Shown: positions 10,338 through 21,500 of the stretch, piece after piece
Numbering within the stretch: the stretch's first letter is position 1
How the letters are laid out: each line of letters begins with the position of its first letter
DNA from: a virus
Taxonomy: Duplodnaviria; Caudoviricetes
Virus record (IMG/VR): IMGVR_UViG_3300021400_001341
Location: 1 to 64,000 of that record
Reading direction: 5' to 3' (one strand)
DNA length: 64,000 nucleotides
Made by a program: the position numbers and the translations under genes
Notes under the pieces: generated by a model
What the model was told of the DNA's origin: nothing
Databases searched by the model: none
Seen by the model: the letters and a program-made list of their open reading frames with translations, nothing else

Positions 10338-11066
10338 ATGCCTATTCCTTACGTTCCAATGGAAACAAGCAAACGATTTAAGGTGCCGCGTACTCTGGCC
10401 GCCGACTTTCGAGCCTTTTTAAATCAAGATCTACCGAATCAGGTTATGACATTTGAATTGATTCCTGACTGGTATGCCCAATTTGAAGAAGGCTACAAAC
10501 AGAAGTTCATTCGTGGTGAAATATATCCAGACTCTACTAAGAGTCGTTATGAAAACACGGATAACAATATGAACTTCAGGGCTGACGTAGAGAGTGGTAT
10601 CAAAAAGGGAGATATGCTTATCGAACCAGATGGAACGATCTATCTTCTTGACTGGGCCGTGCATCTTGAGTCTAACAACGCCCCGACCCGTGCTGTGAGA
10701 TGTAACACAAGATTAAACATAGAACGATATGTTCCACCGGAATCAGATGATGAAGGATATCGCATTAGCGGAACGGGAGGAACACAAAAAATTGTAGATA
10801 ATCTTCCCGTGAACGCTTATAGATATGATGGCAGGCCAGAATATTCTGCCGTTTCTGGCCAGCCGGGCATTTCTCCGAATGCTCTTTCTTTGATGATTGT
10901 TCAATATAACGAAAGCACAAAGAAAATTACAATTGGAGATAGATACATCTGGGGAATCGATGAATATGAAATTGTCGATATTGATCCAGTTGGTGTTGAC
11001 ATTACAGGCACATATGGAACATTAAAAATTCAGGCCAAGAAGGCGTCTGGCGGGATTCAGATATGA
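10338..11066 (+). CDS. putative head-closure / neck protein
   Basis: Two beta-rich repeats (IKKGDML..., ITIGDRYIWG.DEYEIVDID) typical of stopper proteins; position. Confidence 0.55.
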   Translation: MPIPYVPMETSKRFKVPRTLAADFRAFLNQDLPNQVMTFELIPDWYAQFEEGYKQKFIRGEIYPDSTKSRYENTDNNMNFRADVESGIKKGDMLIEPDGTIYLLDWAVHLESNNAPTRAVRCNTRLNIERYVPPESDDEGYRISGTGGTQKIVDNLPVNAYRYDGRPEYSAVSGQPGISPNALSLMIVQYNESTKKITIGDRYIWGIDEYEIVDIDPVGVDITGTYGTLKIQAKKASGGIQI

Positions 11067-11617
11067 GCGCTCCTAAACAAAGCGATTATATCGCTATTAT
11101 AAAATCAAAGATTTCTGGATTTGAACAGCTTGCAGAAAACTTTGGAAAAGAACGATTTATGGTTTATGCGTCTGAAATTCAAGCTCCGGACGAAGACGCT
11201 AACGCGTTCGAAAAAGAAAGAGCGGAAATGGAAGCAATAGCCGACGCTTTTAAATGCGAAATCCAAGTAAATGAAAATACATTTACATTGTTTTTTCATT
11301 TTGACGAAAGAAACCCCGGTAATTTTCTTGAAATTGTTGATGCCGGTATGCCGGCCCCTTTGGCTGGTGGTGATCATGGTGTATCTCACAATCCTGACGG
11401 ATCTACATACGCTTCGCCAACACCAATTCAACAATGGGACGAGCCTGTTCCGGGATACGCAAAACCAGAAACCGGCGTAATCAACGAAATTCGAACTATG
11501 TTATCTGATTTATTCAGGGCAGAACTGGGTGAGGCGATTGCTACCGGAAAGCAAGAAATGCTTCAGCTTGTAAAAGATTACACAGCAGAAAGAATTCGTA
11601 ATGTAACAGGAGGATGA
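11063..11617 (+). CDS. putative neck / tail completion protein
   Basis: ATGA-coupled ORF in the neck region. Confidence 0.5.
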   Translation: MSAPKQSDYIAIIKSKISGFEQLAENFGKERFMVYASEIQAPDEDANAFEKERAEMEAIADAFKCEIQVNENTFTLFFHFDERNPGNFLEIVDAGMPAPLAGGDHGVSHNPDGSTYASPTPIQQWDEPVPGYAKPETGVINEIRTMLSDLFRAELGEAIATGKQEMLQLVKDYTAERIRNVTGG

Positions 11618-11620
11618 CAT

Positions 11621-12088
11621 ATGATTGGATGGGTAAACGCCTGGAATAAAATCATCCGCAAAGTAATCTTTCCTGATTGCGAACTGAAGAAGCTGATGAA
11701 AATTCCGGCAAAAACAAAGATAACTGATTTTATTCAGTATTATTTTATTAGGGCTGGATATACAAACGAACTTTTAACAAATCAGATTTGTCGAATTGTG
11801 TACGGAGATATAGCTGGCAAAGATACAGACGTTCCAAATGTCCGTAAAAACATGATGACGTTTGACATTTATGTTAAAACAAGAAATCTTTATGACACCG
11901 ACGAAGATGATATGCTTATTTCAAGAACCCAGCTGATTGCGTCTCGTCTTAAATATTTGTTAACTAAAGACAGATATCTTTATAAAACAGGTTATAGGTT
12001 CTGGATTGCAGGAGACTGGGATCTTGGAACAAGAACAACAGGGTATTCGAGATACACAATCTCGTTTTACTATATGAAGGTTTATTGA
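11621..12088 (+). CDS. putative tail terminator protein
   Basis: 155 aa directly before the tail tube; MTFDIYV motif. Confidence 0.55.
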   Translation: MIGWVNAWNKIIRKVIFPDCELKKLMKIPAKTKITDFIQYYFIRAGYTNELLTNQICRIVYGDIAGKDTDVPNVRKNMMTFDIYVKTRNLYDTDEDDMLISRTQLIASRLKYLLTKDRYLYKTGYRFWIAGDWDLGTRTTGYSRYTISFYYMKVY

Positions 12089-12175
12089 AGGCTTCTTTGT
12101 GTTATCAACACTTAGATGCTTGTAGGAGGGCTGACAAGTTTTGATATAAATCTATACGAAAGAGGTCGATCAACT

Positions 12176-12964
12176 ATGGCGACTTACGTTGAAAAATTCG
12201 CTGGCTATATTGCCGACGTGCCGCGGCTGTGGTTCAAACGTTGCGATGGTAGGATCTTCTACTTCGACGAGCTGACTGCCGCTACCGTTACCCCTCAGAT
12301 CAACTACACTGAAGTGAACGCTGGCTGGTCCCTGTTCCCCGTGGCTTATCTGCCCGGACAGTCCACCTTTGAAATGCAGATCACTTCCGGTAAGTTCGAG
12401 GCTGATCTGTTCGTTATGACCAATGCCACTAAGTTCAGCTCCAATAGTTCCTTCCGGATGATGCATACTGAAACTCTGGATGTCGACGGCCAGAACCAAG
12501 TGGAACTGAGCCATACCCCGATCACCGGGACCATCTCTATCCCCTATCCGAACGAACGGGGTATGATGGAAGAGACTGCCCAGACCGTGTCTGCCGGCAA
12601 GTTCTCTGTTGCTACGACTGGTGACATTACCAAGCTGACCTTTGCTACCGGCGATGTTGGCGCTAAGGTGACTGTCTCCTACTACTACATTGACGAAGTT
12701 GAAGAAGCTCGTATCGACAATCGTAGCTCCGCCATGGGCGAAGCCATCATGCAGTATCCTGTGTATGGCAACGGTGACGATTGCACCGATGCTTCCATCA
12801 TCGGCTATGTTACCGTTAAGGTGTTCAAGTGCCGTGTGACCGCGCAGCCCGGTTTCGATGCCAGCTATAAGACAGCGTCCACGTTCCAGTTCACCCTGGC
12901 GGCCATGGATGCTAAGGAGTCCGACGAGGCTGCTTACTCCATCAGCTACAAGAAGGTTGCTTAA
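12176..12964 (+). CDS. major tail tube protein
   Basis: Start MATYVE behind GAGG; high-expression codon bias; C-terminal STFQFTLAAMD; followed by a strong terminator. Confidence 0.8.
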   Translation: MATYVEKFAGYIADVPRLWFKRCDGRIFYFDELTAATVTPQINYTEVNAGWSLFPVAYLPGQSTFEMQITSGKFEADLFVMTNATKFSSNSSFRMMHTETLDVDGQNQVELSHTPITGTISIPYPNERGMMEETAQTVSAGKFSVATTGDITKLTFATGDVGAKVTVSYYYIDEVEEARIDNRSSAMGEAIMQYPVYGNGDDCTDASIIGYVTVKVFKCRVTAQPGFDASYKTASTFQFTLAAMDAKESDEAAYSISYKKVA

Positions 12965-13008
12965 TTGTCTTGCTTTGAAGGTTTGATAAAGGTGCAGTGA
13001 GATAATAC

Positions 13009-13041
13009 GGGGCACTGCATTTGCAGTGCCCCTTTTTTTTT
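13009..13041 (+). terminator. rho-independent terminator
   Basis: GGGGCACTGCA-TT-TGCAGTGCCCC followed by T9. Confidence 0.9.
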
Positions 13042-13056
13042 GAAGGGAGAAGGTCT

Positions 13057-13644
13057 ATGAAACCAATACCGTTTCCAACAAAACCAAGTGCTCAAAATCC
13101 GAAAATTCCAGATACAAGCCCTGGAATTCCACCGGAAGAATCCAAATTAACAAAAGAGGACCCGATTGACACGCAGCTTGTTCAAGCAAAGGTTGTAGAT
13201 ACTCAAATGACAAGAGAAGAGCCTGTAGATACGGAATTGAACAGAGAAGTTCCTGAAGAAAGCAAGTTCGATAAAGAAGCTCCTAAAACGATACCGCTTG
13301 AAAACTGTGTTAAGATCGGTGATGAGCTTATAGAAATAAAGCCGACCAAGCTTAAATATTTTAGAAACAAGATGGCTTCGGCTTATAATGTTTTAAAGAT
13401 TGTTCCGCTTAATGAGCTTCTTACTTACGGTAAAGGTGTAATCGATGAAAAGCGCGATGCGGATCAATTATTGTTCGATTTTCTTGTAGCAGTCTTTGAT
13501 GGCTCGGATATTGTTCGAGATCACTATGAAGATATGACGGCTGAGGATATTGAACAAATCTTCAAAATCTTTGGACGTCTTAATCATATAGACGAAAAAG
13601 AGGAACAACAAAGAAAAAACAGGGAAGCCCAGGTGAAACATTAA
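13057..13644 (+). CDS. tail assembly chaperone (gpG-like)
   Basis: Position after tail tube; slippery A-AAA-AAC near the 3' end. Confidence 0.7.
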   Translation: MKPIPFPTKPSAQNPKIPDTSPGIPPEESKLTKEDPIDTQLVQAKVVDTQMTREEPVDTELNREVPEESKFDKEAPKTIPLENCVKIGDELIEIKPTKLKYFRNKMASAYNVLKIVPLNELLTYGKGVIDEKRDADQLLFDFLVAVFDGSDIVRDHYEDMTAEDIEQIFKIFGRLNHIDEKEEQQRKNREAQVKH

Positions 13645-13994
13645 GCCTCGATGAGGCAGCCGCAGCAGTAGCAGCTCACCTGGGCGAAGTAGATGAACGT
13701 AAGATCGATGATATGACATACGTATGGTTTAATCTTGTTTTAGAGGCCCTTGGAAAGAGAATCAACTTTGAGTCTATTTCCAATCTTTATGGCAACGCAT
13801 TTGCAAAAGATGCAGCTAAAATCGTACCTGGAGCTAACCCGCTTCTTAAGCATGGCGGTGCAAGCAACGCAGGTGTTATGGGCCTTATGGGTAAGATTCA
13901 GATTATCGATGCAACCAAATCGTCCAAAGAAGCCCAGAAGAGAGCTGAAAAGAAGATTCTTGGCGATACCAGCTGGGCTGAAGGACTCATGTAA
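13614..13994 (+). CDS. tail assembly chaperone extension (gpT-like), reached by -1 frameshift
   Basis: The -1 frame is open from about 13584 through 13994 across the heptamer AAAAAAC (13614-13620). Confidence 0.7.
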   Translation, partial: KKQGSPGETLSLDEAAAAVAAHLGEVDERKIDDMTYVWFNLVLEALGKRINFESISNLYGNAFAKDAAKIVPGANPLLKHGGASNAGVMGLMGKIQIIDATKSSKEAQKRAEKKILGDTSWAEGLM

Positions 13995-14009
13995 AAAGGA
14001 GGCCACAAT

Positions 14010-14645
14010 ATGTCTGATAATAATACAATGTATCGGCTGTTCAGGCAGATGATACAAGGATATAAACTTGGAGATGAAGGAAATAATTTGTTTGTCCATG
14101 CTGTACATTGCTGGATGGGATTAAATCCTGACAATCCTTTTCCTGAAGACTCTGAAGCTTTTGATTATTTCTTCAGGGCTAAAAATTACTATAACGTCTG
14201 GAAATTGCATAGTGCAGATCAGAAGATTAGCGAACGCCGTATGATTAATGAGGCTAAGGCTTTATGCGCCACAAATCCGAAAAATCCCTACAAGTTTGAC
14301 AAGAAGGCTGCTGAAGAAGAGAAAGTGATTCTCAGAGAGACGGCCAAGAAAGAACAGGAAGAAGCCATCAACCTTCAGAACATAGCTGAAAAGGAAAAGG
14401 CTGAAAGAGAAGCAGAAATTCAGGCTATTCTTGATGAGATCCGGCAGGACAACCTTGAGAATCAAAATGAGATTTTAAACAATCGTGCAATTGTAGAAGA
14501 AGCAAAGACAGAAGTTATTAAACAGCAAGTTAAGAAAGAACCTGTTGTTGAAGCTCCTGAAAAGAAGTATGTTTTTAACGTACAAGAAAACTCACAGAAG
14601 AAACCAAAGAAGAAGAGCTGGTTAAGCAGGCTGCTCAAACGATAA
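14010..14645 (+). CDS. hypothetical protein (coiled coil, basic amphipathic C-terminus SWLSRLLKR)
   Basis: ORF with RBS AAGGAGG. Confidence 0.7.
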   Translation: MSDNNTMYRLFRQMIQGYKLGDEGNNLFVHAVHCWMGLNPDNPFPEDSEAFDYFFRAKNYYNVWKLHSADQKISERRMINEAKALCATNPKNPYKFDKKAAEEEKVILRETAKKEQEEAINLQNIAEKEKAEREAEIQAILDEIRQDNLENQNEILNNRAIVEEAKTEVIKQQVKKEPVVEAPEKKYVFNVQENSQKKPKKKSWLSRLLKR

Positions 14646-14655
14646 GGAGGATTAT

Positions 14656-15003
14656 ATGCTTTATATTGATTACATTACAAAGGCAAAAGAGCTGACTATC
14701 GGATATGATGAAGAATCCATGTTTTATTATCTGGAACCTGAATGGCAGACTATTTTACATGAGAACCAGCTGAATGACCTTGAGTCTATTCCAGATATGC
14801 ATTTGGAAGGATGGTATGACCTTGAAGATGTTTTAAAGCTGGAAGTGGAAAAAAGAAACGCGAAGGCTTCCAAGTTGAACATTGTTCTTAATTGGATTGA
14901 TGGAGTTATCAACTCCACGATAGATCCAGCAATGCTCGAACAGGAAAACGACTTGATGCAAAGCATGGTCGAACTTGCCAGAGCGAAAAACCAATCAGAG
15001 TAA
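14656..15003 (+). CDS. hypothetical protein
   Basis: ORF with RBS GGAGG. Confidence 0.7.
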   Translation: MLYIDYITKAKELTIGYDEESMFYYLEPEWQTILHENQLNDLESIPDMHLEGWYDLEDVLKLEVEKRNAKASKLNIVLNWIDGVINSTIDPAMLEQENDLMQSMVELARAKNQSE

Positions 15004-15010
15004 AAGAAAC

Positions 15011-15041
15011 GAAAAGGGCGGAGATTAATTCTCCGCCCTTT
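15011..15041. terminator. bidirectional terminator
   Basis: AAAGGGCGGAGA-TTAAT-TCTCCGCCCTTT between convergent genes. Confidence 0.8.
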
Positions 15042-15042
15042 A

Positions 15043-15573
15043 TCAATTGAATCTTTCAGGATAAACCAGACGCTCTTCAAAAACTTCTTTGTATAACAAA
15101 TCAACAATTGGAGCTGGAATGTTTCTGTAATACAGAACTCCTTCCCTATTCTCCATATCTCTTACTGTTTCAATTAACGACGTTTGATCAACATTTAATC
15201 CTGCAACCGGTGTTTCAAGATATATTGGTGTATCACAGTTTTTGTTATTTATTTCTTTGAATGCAAATCCTTTTTGTTTTAACGCCGCTCGATATAAATC
15301 AGCGTTTGCACATGGTGTTACGTGAAGAATAAACCATGAATCAGGATCAAAATGTTCTTTAAGCCATTCGTCGACTAACGGTCCCCATTGTTCTTGTGGA
15401 AGAATCTGTGCTCGATGTGTTTTGTATTTCTCTTTTAGTTCTTCGAAAGACGGTTCAAAGCAACTGTTTTCCTCAAATTCCCAAGGTATGTAATCGCTCA
15501 AAAAATCATCTCCAATCAAATTTGAGAATAAGACCTTTCTATCATAAGGCTTAATCATAAATTTTTCAAACAA
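15043..15573 (-). CDS. hypothetical protein (AT-rich, opposite strand, moron-like)
   Basis: 176-aa ORF ending at the bidirectional terminator; start uncertain (TTG 15573 or ATG 15558). Confidence 0.65.
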   Translation of the reverse strand: MFEKFMIKPYDRKVLFSNLIGDDFLSDYIPWEFEENSCFEPSFEELKEKYKTHRAQILPQEQWGPLVDEWLKEHFDPDSWFILHVTPCANADLYRAALKQKGFAFKEINNKNCDTPIYLETPVAGLNVDQTSLIETVRDMENREGVLYYRNIPAPIVDLLYKEVFEERLVYPERFN

Positions 15574-15595
15574 AACTCAGAAAGGAGTTTTCTTT

Positions 15596-18500
15596 ATGGA
15601 TTCTGAAATTTTAACTTTACAAGTGGATATTAACGACGACCCAATGAATCAGAAGGTCGATGCTATAGAAGAAAGATTATCCACACTTCAAAAGGACGCA
15701 AAGCAGGTCGCTAAAGACGTTACGCCCTCAACAGAGTCTCTGCCCGGCTACAATGATGCCTTCATAAGAAAACTTGCTGACTGGGAAAAAAGTTTGACAG
15801 ATATTGGTCGTACTCGCAGTTCAATGGAACACGCTATGAGTTCTTATGAGCAAAAGGATCTCAGTACGTCTTATAAGCGCAAAGTCGAAATAGCTAATAG
15901 ATCAATTAAAGATCTTGCAAACTCTCAGACGCTTGTTTCAGAACTTCTCAATTCGTTTGGCCCTGGTATGAGCCAAGTTTTCAGCAAGGGACTTGAAGGT
16001 ATTGTTTCCCAGTTATCCACAGGCATCAAGACAACTGCGATGAGCATCTCAAGCGAAGTGTCCCGGAAGCTTACAGACGATGAAATTGTTGATCGCTACA
16101 TGCGGTCTGGAGAATATGGACGAATTGTTCAGAAGCTCAATAAAACGCATCCGAATGCTTCGAAAGTGTATACTCCTCAAAATATGAGGCAATATCTCAT
16201 GGCTAATGTGCCGATGAGCGTGCCTCAGTATATGAGAGAAGCTATCACCGGAGGATCTCAGGTTCCAATCTTAAAGCAGCCTGAATCCTATCGTGAAATG
16301 CTCCCAAAATCTTTCCAGAAGATCGAACCGCACGCGGAGCGTGGACAAATTCGTCAGCTTGGACAGATTTCTCACGCAAATGAAACTTTATCTACTGATG
16401 AAATTTCCGCTCTTGGTCGTATTGTTCGCAACAATCGTTACGCGGCAGATGCTGCTGTAAAAGCTGGTATCATTTCCAAATCCGGACAGAAGATCTATTT
16501 CAACCATGCAGCCAATCACGATATGATGGATGCAATGGCCGGATTTATCATGGACGATATGACCCGTGCAGCGCAAGGTGAAAGAAAGTACGGTATCGAC
16601 AACGTTGAGAATCCAAACTTCTGGAAAAACATTTCAAACAAGCGCGGCAGCAATAAAGTTTTCGATGGAACACTTGCGGCTGCCTACGCAATGCATGATG
16701 CATTCGGGTCTTGGCTAAACCCCGGAAGGTTCGGAACTGGATTTATGCCATTCAGCGCAGCATCAGGAAACGCTGAATATCTTGGACGCATTAATCATTC
16801 TCCAAGAAAAACTTCGAGAGCGTTCGCAGAATATACTCTCGACATGATGCAAAATGGTGCTCAAATTTCTGGTATGCACCCTATCGTTCAGGACAAGAAC
16901 GGTAGATGGACAGAACTTTCTCGTATAAACGGTCCTGTTTCTGCTAAAAACAGTCCTACAGGAAAATCAATTACACCTGATGATTTTCATACCATCAGCA
17001 TGAACGACAGCCTTCTTTATAAGATGGTCATGTCATCTCCTAATGCAAAGCGTGTAGGACAAAACGGATTCAGTGACAATATGTTCTATCTGAAATTTTC
17101 AGATGAACTTGGCGATCCTGGACTTACTAAAGAACGTCGGGCTGAACTTCAACAGCAGTATGCAGATCTGTTCAGAAATGGATATAAGGTAAACGGTGAA
17201 GATTATATCCGTACAAGAATCAGTAAGACTCATGCTGAATTCATGAAGGCTGCTATTGTTGACGATATCGGCCGCAAAGCTCTTGGAATGGAATACGCCA
17301 GGCCGGGAGATCAGCCGCTTGATGAAGCTACGGCTGCTAAAGTTCGTAAAGCAGGTTTAGACGCTTTATCAAACGGAGGATATTCGAACGGACATAGTGG
17401 CCATTTTGACACATTCAAACCTTTTGCAAAAACCATGTATAATCAGAACAACATGGCGACAGAAGGTGAAAGTCTGGCCACATGGCTTGGAACTACATTT
17501 GGGTTTAGAGGAAATGACACAACGGCAAAGATGATTCGCCAAGGAATGGGCGAAAATGAACGTCAACGCATTATGGAGGACTTCGGAACTCCTAATATGA
17601 AAGTTGTTGTTGGTAGTTTCGGAAAAGCCGACATGGACGGTTCTAACTGGATTTCAGACCGTATCAGCAGTAAAGGATTCCAAGGAAGAACATTCAATGG
17701 CAAAGCAACCTATGTGCCCATCAACATGATGGACATGAGAGCGAGGAATTTTCAACAGATTGAAATGACCGAAGAGGCTCAGCGACGAGTTGCGGAAATT
17801 AATGCCCAGGCTCAGAAAGATATTGAAGAGGCCAACAGAACTTTAAGCGGGAAAAAGCTTGCGAAAAGGCTTAACAGCATTGAGTCTCATAGAGCTAAAA
17901 ACGAAGCATATGCCGTTGCTCAGCTTGGCGGAGATTGGATTATTCCTGGAGCCGGAATTAACGGCAATGATCTTCGTGTATCAAAAGACACAGATGTTAT
18001 TGAAGATGTAAATAACATAAAAAACTTTAAGACTCATTTGCAAGACGACGTAAAATCTGGCAAGATCACTCAGGAACAAATGAATGAAATGCGTTCAAGA
18101 GATTATAGCCGTGATGAAATTTTTGCAAAAACGACATATGATGACGCCAACACATCTTCTCGTTGGCTTTCAAAGCAAGTTATTAACTCTTCTATGAACG
18201 CAGGATTCAGAGATCCTCGCGTTCAACAGTATTTCAATAAAGTGTTCTTCGACGAGCTTGCTAGAATGGACGATGATCAATACGTCAGAGATCTTCTGTT
18301 TAAAGGAGATCAAAGTGTAGATCTTCAATCCGAAAAAGCTCAGAAAACTATAAGTGATCATATTGCCGGCATGTGGGCGCAATATAACGAAGGCGATAGG
18401 TTGCTGCCTACAGGCGCATTTAAGTTCGCAATGGCTGCGCCTAACCCGCAAAGCGTTATCAACAATCGTTTAAAAGCTGCTGGAATTGCGCTTACGCCTG

Positions 18501-21500
18501 AGCAAAACGCTCTCGAGCTTGGGAATAACCAGGTTATTTCCATGGAGTCATTAAACAAACAATTAGGTATTATTCGTTTCCCTGCTACAAAAACCGGTAA
18601 TGTAACAGTAAATAACGTGTCTGCTGAACAGCTTATTAAAAACGGAGGAGCAACAAAAAGCCAGATTGAAAGACTTGCGAAGTCTTCTGGCATTGTAGAC
18701 ACGAAAGGACTTTATTTTGCTCCGGATTCTCCAATCCTTAAGCTGCTGCAGGGTGAAGACTTCGATGGAGACTTGAACGGATATTTCGGACTTTCTGATA
18801 ATATGAATCCGAAAGAAGCCAAAGAGTTCTCCGAAGCCATGCGAATTATCGGAAATGCTTCTGATAAAGAAGTTGAACAAATCTGGGGAGCAAAACCTGG
18901 CACTCCTGAATTTGAAGCGGCGTGGAAGAAACAAGAAGCGAGAAAAGAAGCGCAAACACGTCAGTCTGTCGCAAAAGTTGGCGGATACGATCTGTCCAAT
19001 CCTGATGATGCAGCAGCTTATCTTGTGAACGTTCCTCGTGAACATGCTATGATGGGTGCAGCTGAACGTTCAGCTGATATGGCTGCTTTATACTACGCAG
19101 GATTAAACGATCCTAAAATACGAGGAAATCTTGCTCAAGCCATTAAAGACTATGAATCTCAATACGATGTCGTTTCGACAAATATGAAAACTGATGAGAG
19201 CTGGAAAAGAACCAATGAACAAGCCTATGCAGCTGATCGAGGTCTTTCTTTCTCCCGGATGTTTAAATATGCAAACGATGCTATTCAGACAACAGGCGAA
19301 AATGATGAGTCCGTAAGGATATGGAATGGCAAATCTCAAGAATATCTACGTGATAAAAACGTAGATCAGCTTGGCTTACCGTCTTTGTTCCAAGGTTCAA
19401 TTATGGGAACATTGATGGGCCGGATGAAATCTCGCCAACAAGGAATAGATCCTGAAGGTGGCATTTACAATTGGGACCAAGTGCTTGATGCTGTGAAACT
19501 TCCGGAAGGCGTTTCTGCTGATTCTGAACAAGGTAAGTTTGTTCAGATGATGAGAGGAGTTCGCAAAGGTTTTCTTGAATCGAAATATCTTGTTGCAAGC
19601 AATCAGACGGTTGATGCGCTTCAAGCGCAGTACGAAAAAGCCGTAGGTGAAATTGAGAGTTCTATTGATCCAACTTCTCCTGAAGGCAGAGCGTTGAAAA
19701 AAGAAAGGCTTAAAGCTATCGGAGCACAGGCCTTTGATAACTTTAAGCAGTATGGCGCAACGGAAAGAAATCTTGCGAATGCTACTTGGGCTCAAGCATC
19801 TCTTGATGATTTTGCCAAACAGAATGGTGTTTCTGTAGACCAGCTTGTTGGCAATGCAAGTTTCGTTGCCGGCGTTCAAGCTGCTGTACAGGCTTCTGAG
19901 CCGGAGAAAACATTCCAGCGTCCTGAGGCCGTTAAGAACGCAACTGTAACGACTTCGAAAACGCTTCCTGAGGAAGCAAGAGCTCCTTTTGAACAGAAAA
20001 CAGCTCAGGAAATGCTTGCGCAGGAAACGCCTCAACAGCAAGCTAAAAGGTTGCTCAAGGAAGCTGGTGTCCGCAATAGAGATACTATTCTCGATGCGAA
20101 TCAAAGAGACGCTCTTGTTTCAGCTATAGCCAATAATGATTTAGCCGCGTTAATAGAGCTAAATGGAGTTGGAAAGAAGAATGCACCTAAGATTATGGCT
20201 GCTCTACAAGGAAGCAGTCTCTTAGGGCTAAAAACGACATCTCCTGAAGAAATGCAGAAAGCGGTTGCAACTGCGACTGCTCCCTCTGTTGCTCCAAAGG
20301 CACAGCCAGAACCTGAACTTGTATGTGGAGTTTGTGGAACAACGTATCCTGCTTCTATGGGACATTGCCCAAACGAAGCAAATCATCCAAACAAGAAAAA
20401 GCAGACAAAAGGTGAAAAGCAACAAACGCCTACACAACCAACTACTCCACCTCCAACTACTCCATCTCCAACTACTCCAGCTCAACCTCAGGCTCAATCT
20501 CCATCTCCTTATGGTGGAACTACTCCTTCGTGGGGTGGAAATAATCCACCTCCTGGTGGGCCTCCTAATAATCCGCCTTCCGGCGGGCCTCTAAGCCCTT
20601 CGTCCGGCGGAAACTCATGGGACGCCCAGGCTGCTCAAGCTTATTATGGGCAACTCATGGGAAGAGCTCAGGAGTTCTCTGGAAAACTGTTCGGAGAAAT
20701 TTTAAACTATGAACAGCAGAACAAAGGAGAATTTGATTCAATCATTAAAGCTAATCGTAACGATGCAATTGCAGCTCGATACGAACAGCAAATCAGAGAC
20801 TTCCAAGCTTCTGCTGATTATCAATATCTTACAGATGACCAAAAGAGAAATATGGACAATCTTATTTCGCCAAGAAATGGTCTTGTCGCAAAGGCAGGAA
20901 GAGATTTCAGCGAAATGTCCATGTTCTCTACTTCACAACTTCTCGAAAACATCGGGAACGCAGAGCAGAAAGCATCTGGAACATATGACGCTCAAGTTGA
21001 AGCTTTAAATAAATGGGATGAAAAAATAAAAGAAGTTGAAGCTGATCAAAAGCGTCTACTGGAAATGTCCAGCGATCCTAAATACTCTAAAGACCTTCAG
21101 GATCAATTCAAGAAAAGCGCTGATAAAATCGGTGAAGATCTTACATCCATTAATCGTTCTCGTCAGAACATTGAAATTTCAATGCAAGATCAGAACCAGA
21201 AAACCTTTGATAAACAGATTGAAAATCTTGAAAACAAGCGGCATCCTGGTAATAAATATGAACAACAGTCTCGTCAATATCAGCAACAAATATCTGATAT
21301 TCGTGACAACTTAACAAGCAAACATAATGCCGGGCTTATCTCAGACGATGCTTTTAATAAAGATATGGGTCGTCTGAAAGATCTTGAAAAACAAACTTCT
21401 GTAAGCGCATTGTCTATGCAAGACGCGTTTAAATCAATTGGAACTTCGCTCACAAAGTCTTTAACAAATCTTGCTAGTCGGTTTGGTCGTCAGCTTTTCC

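Noticed and set aside
20110-20215. A ruvA gene
   Set aside because: Only the HhH segment is present, inside the TMP; no OB-fold or domain III
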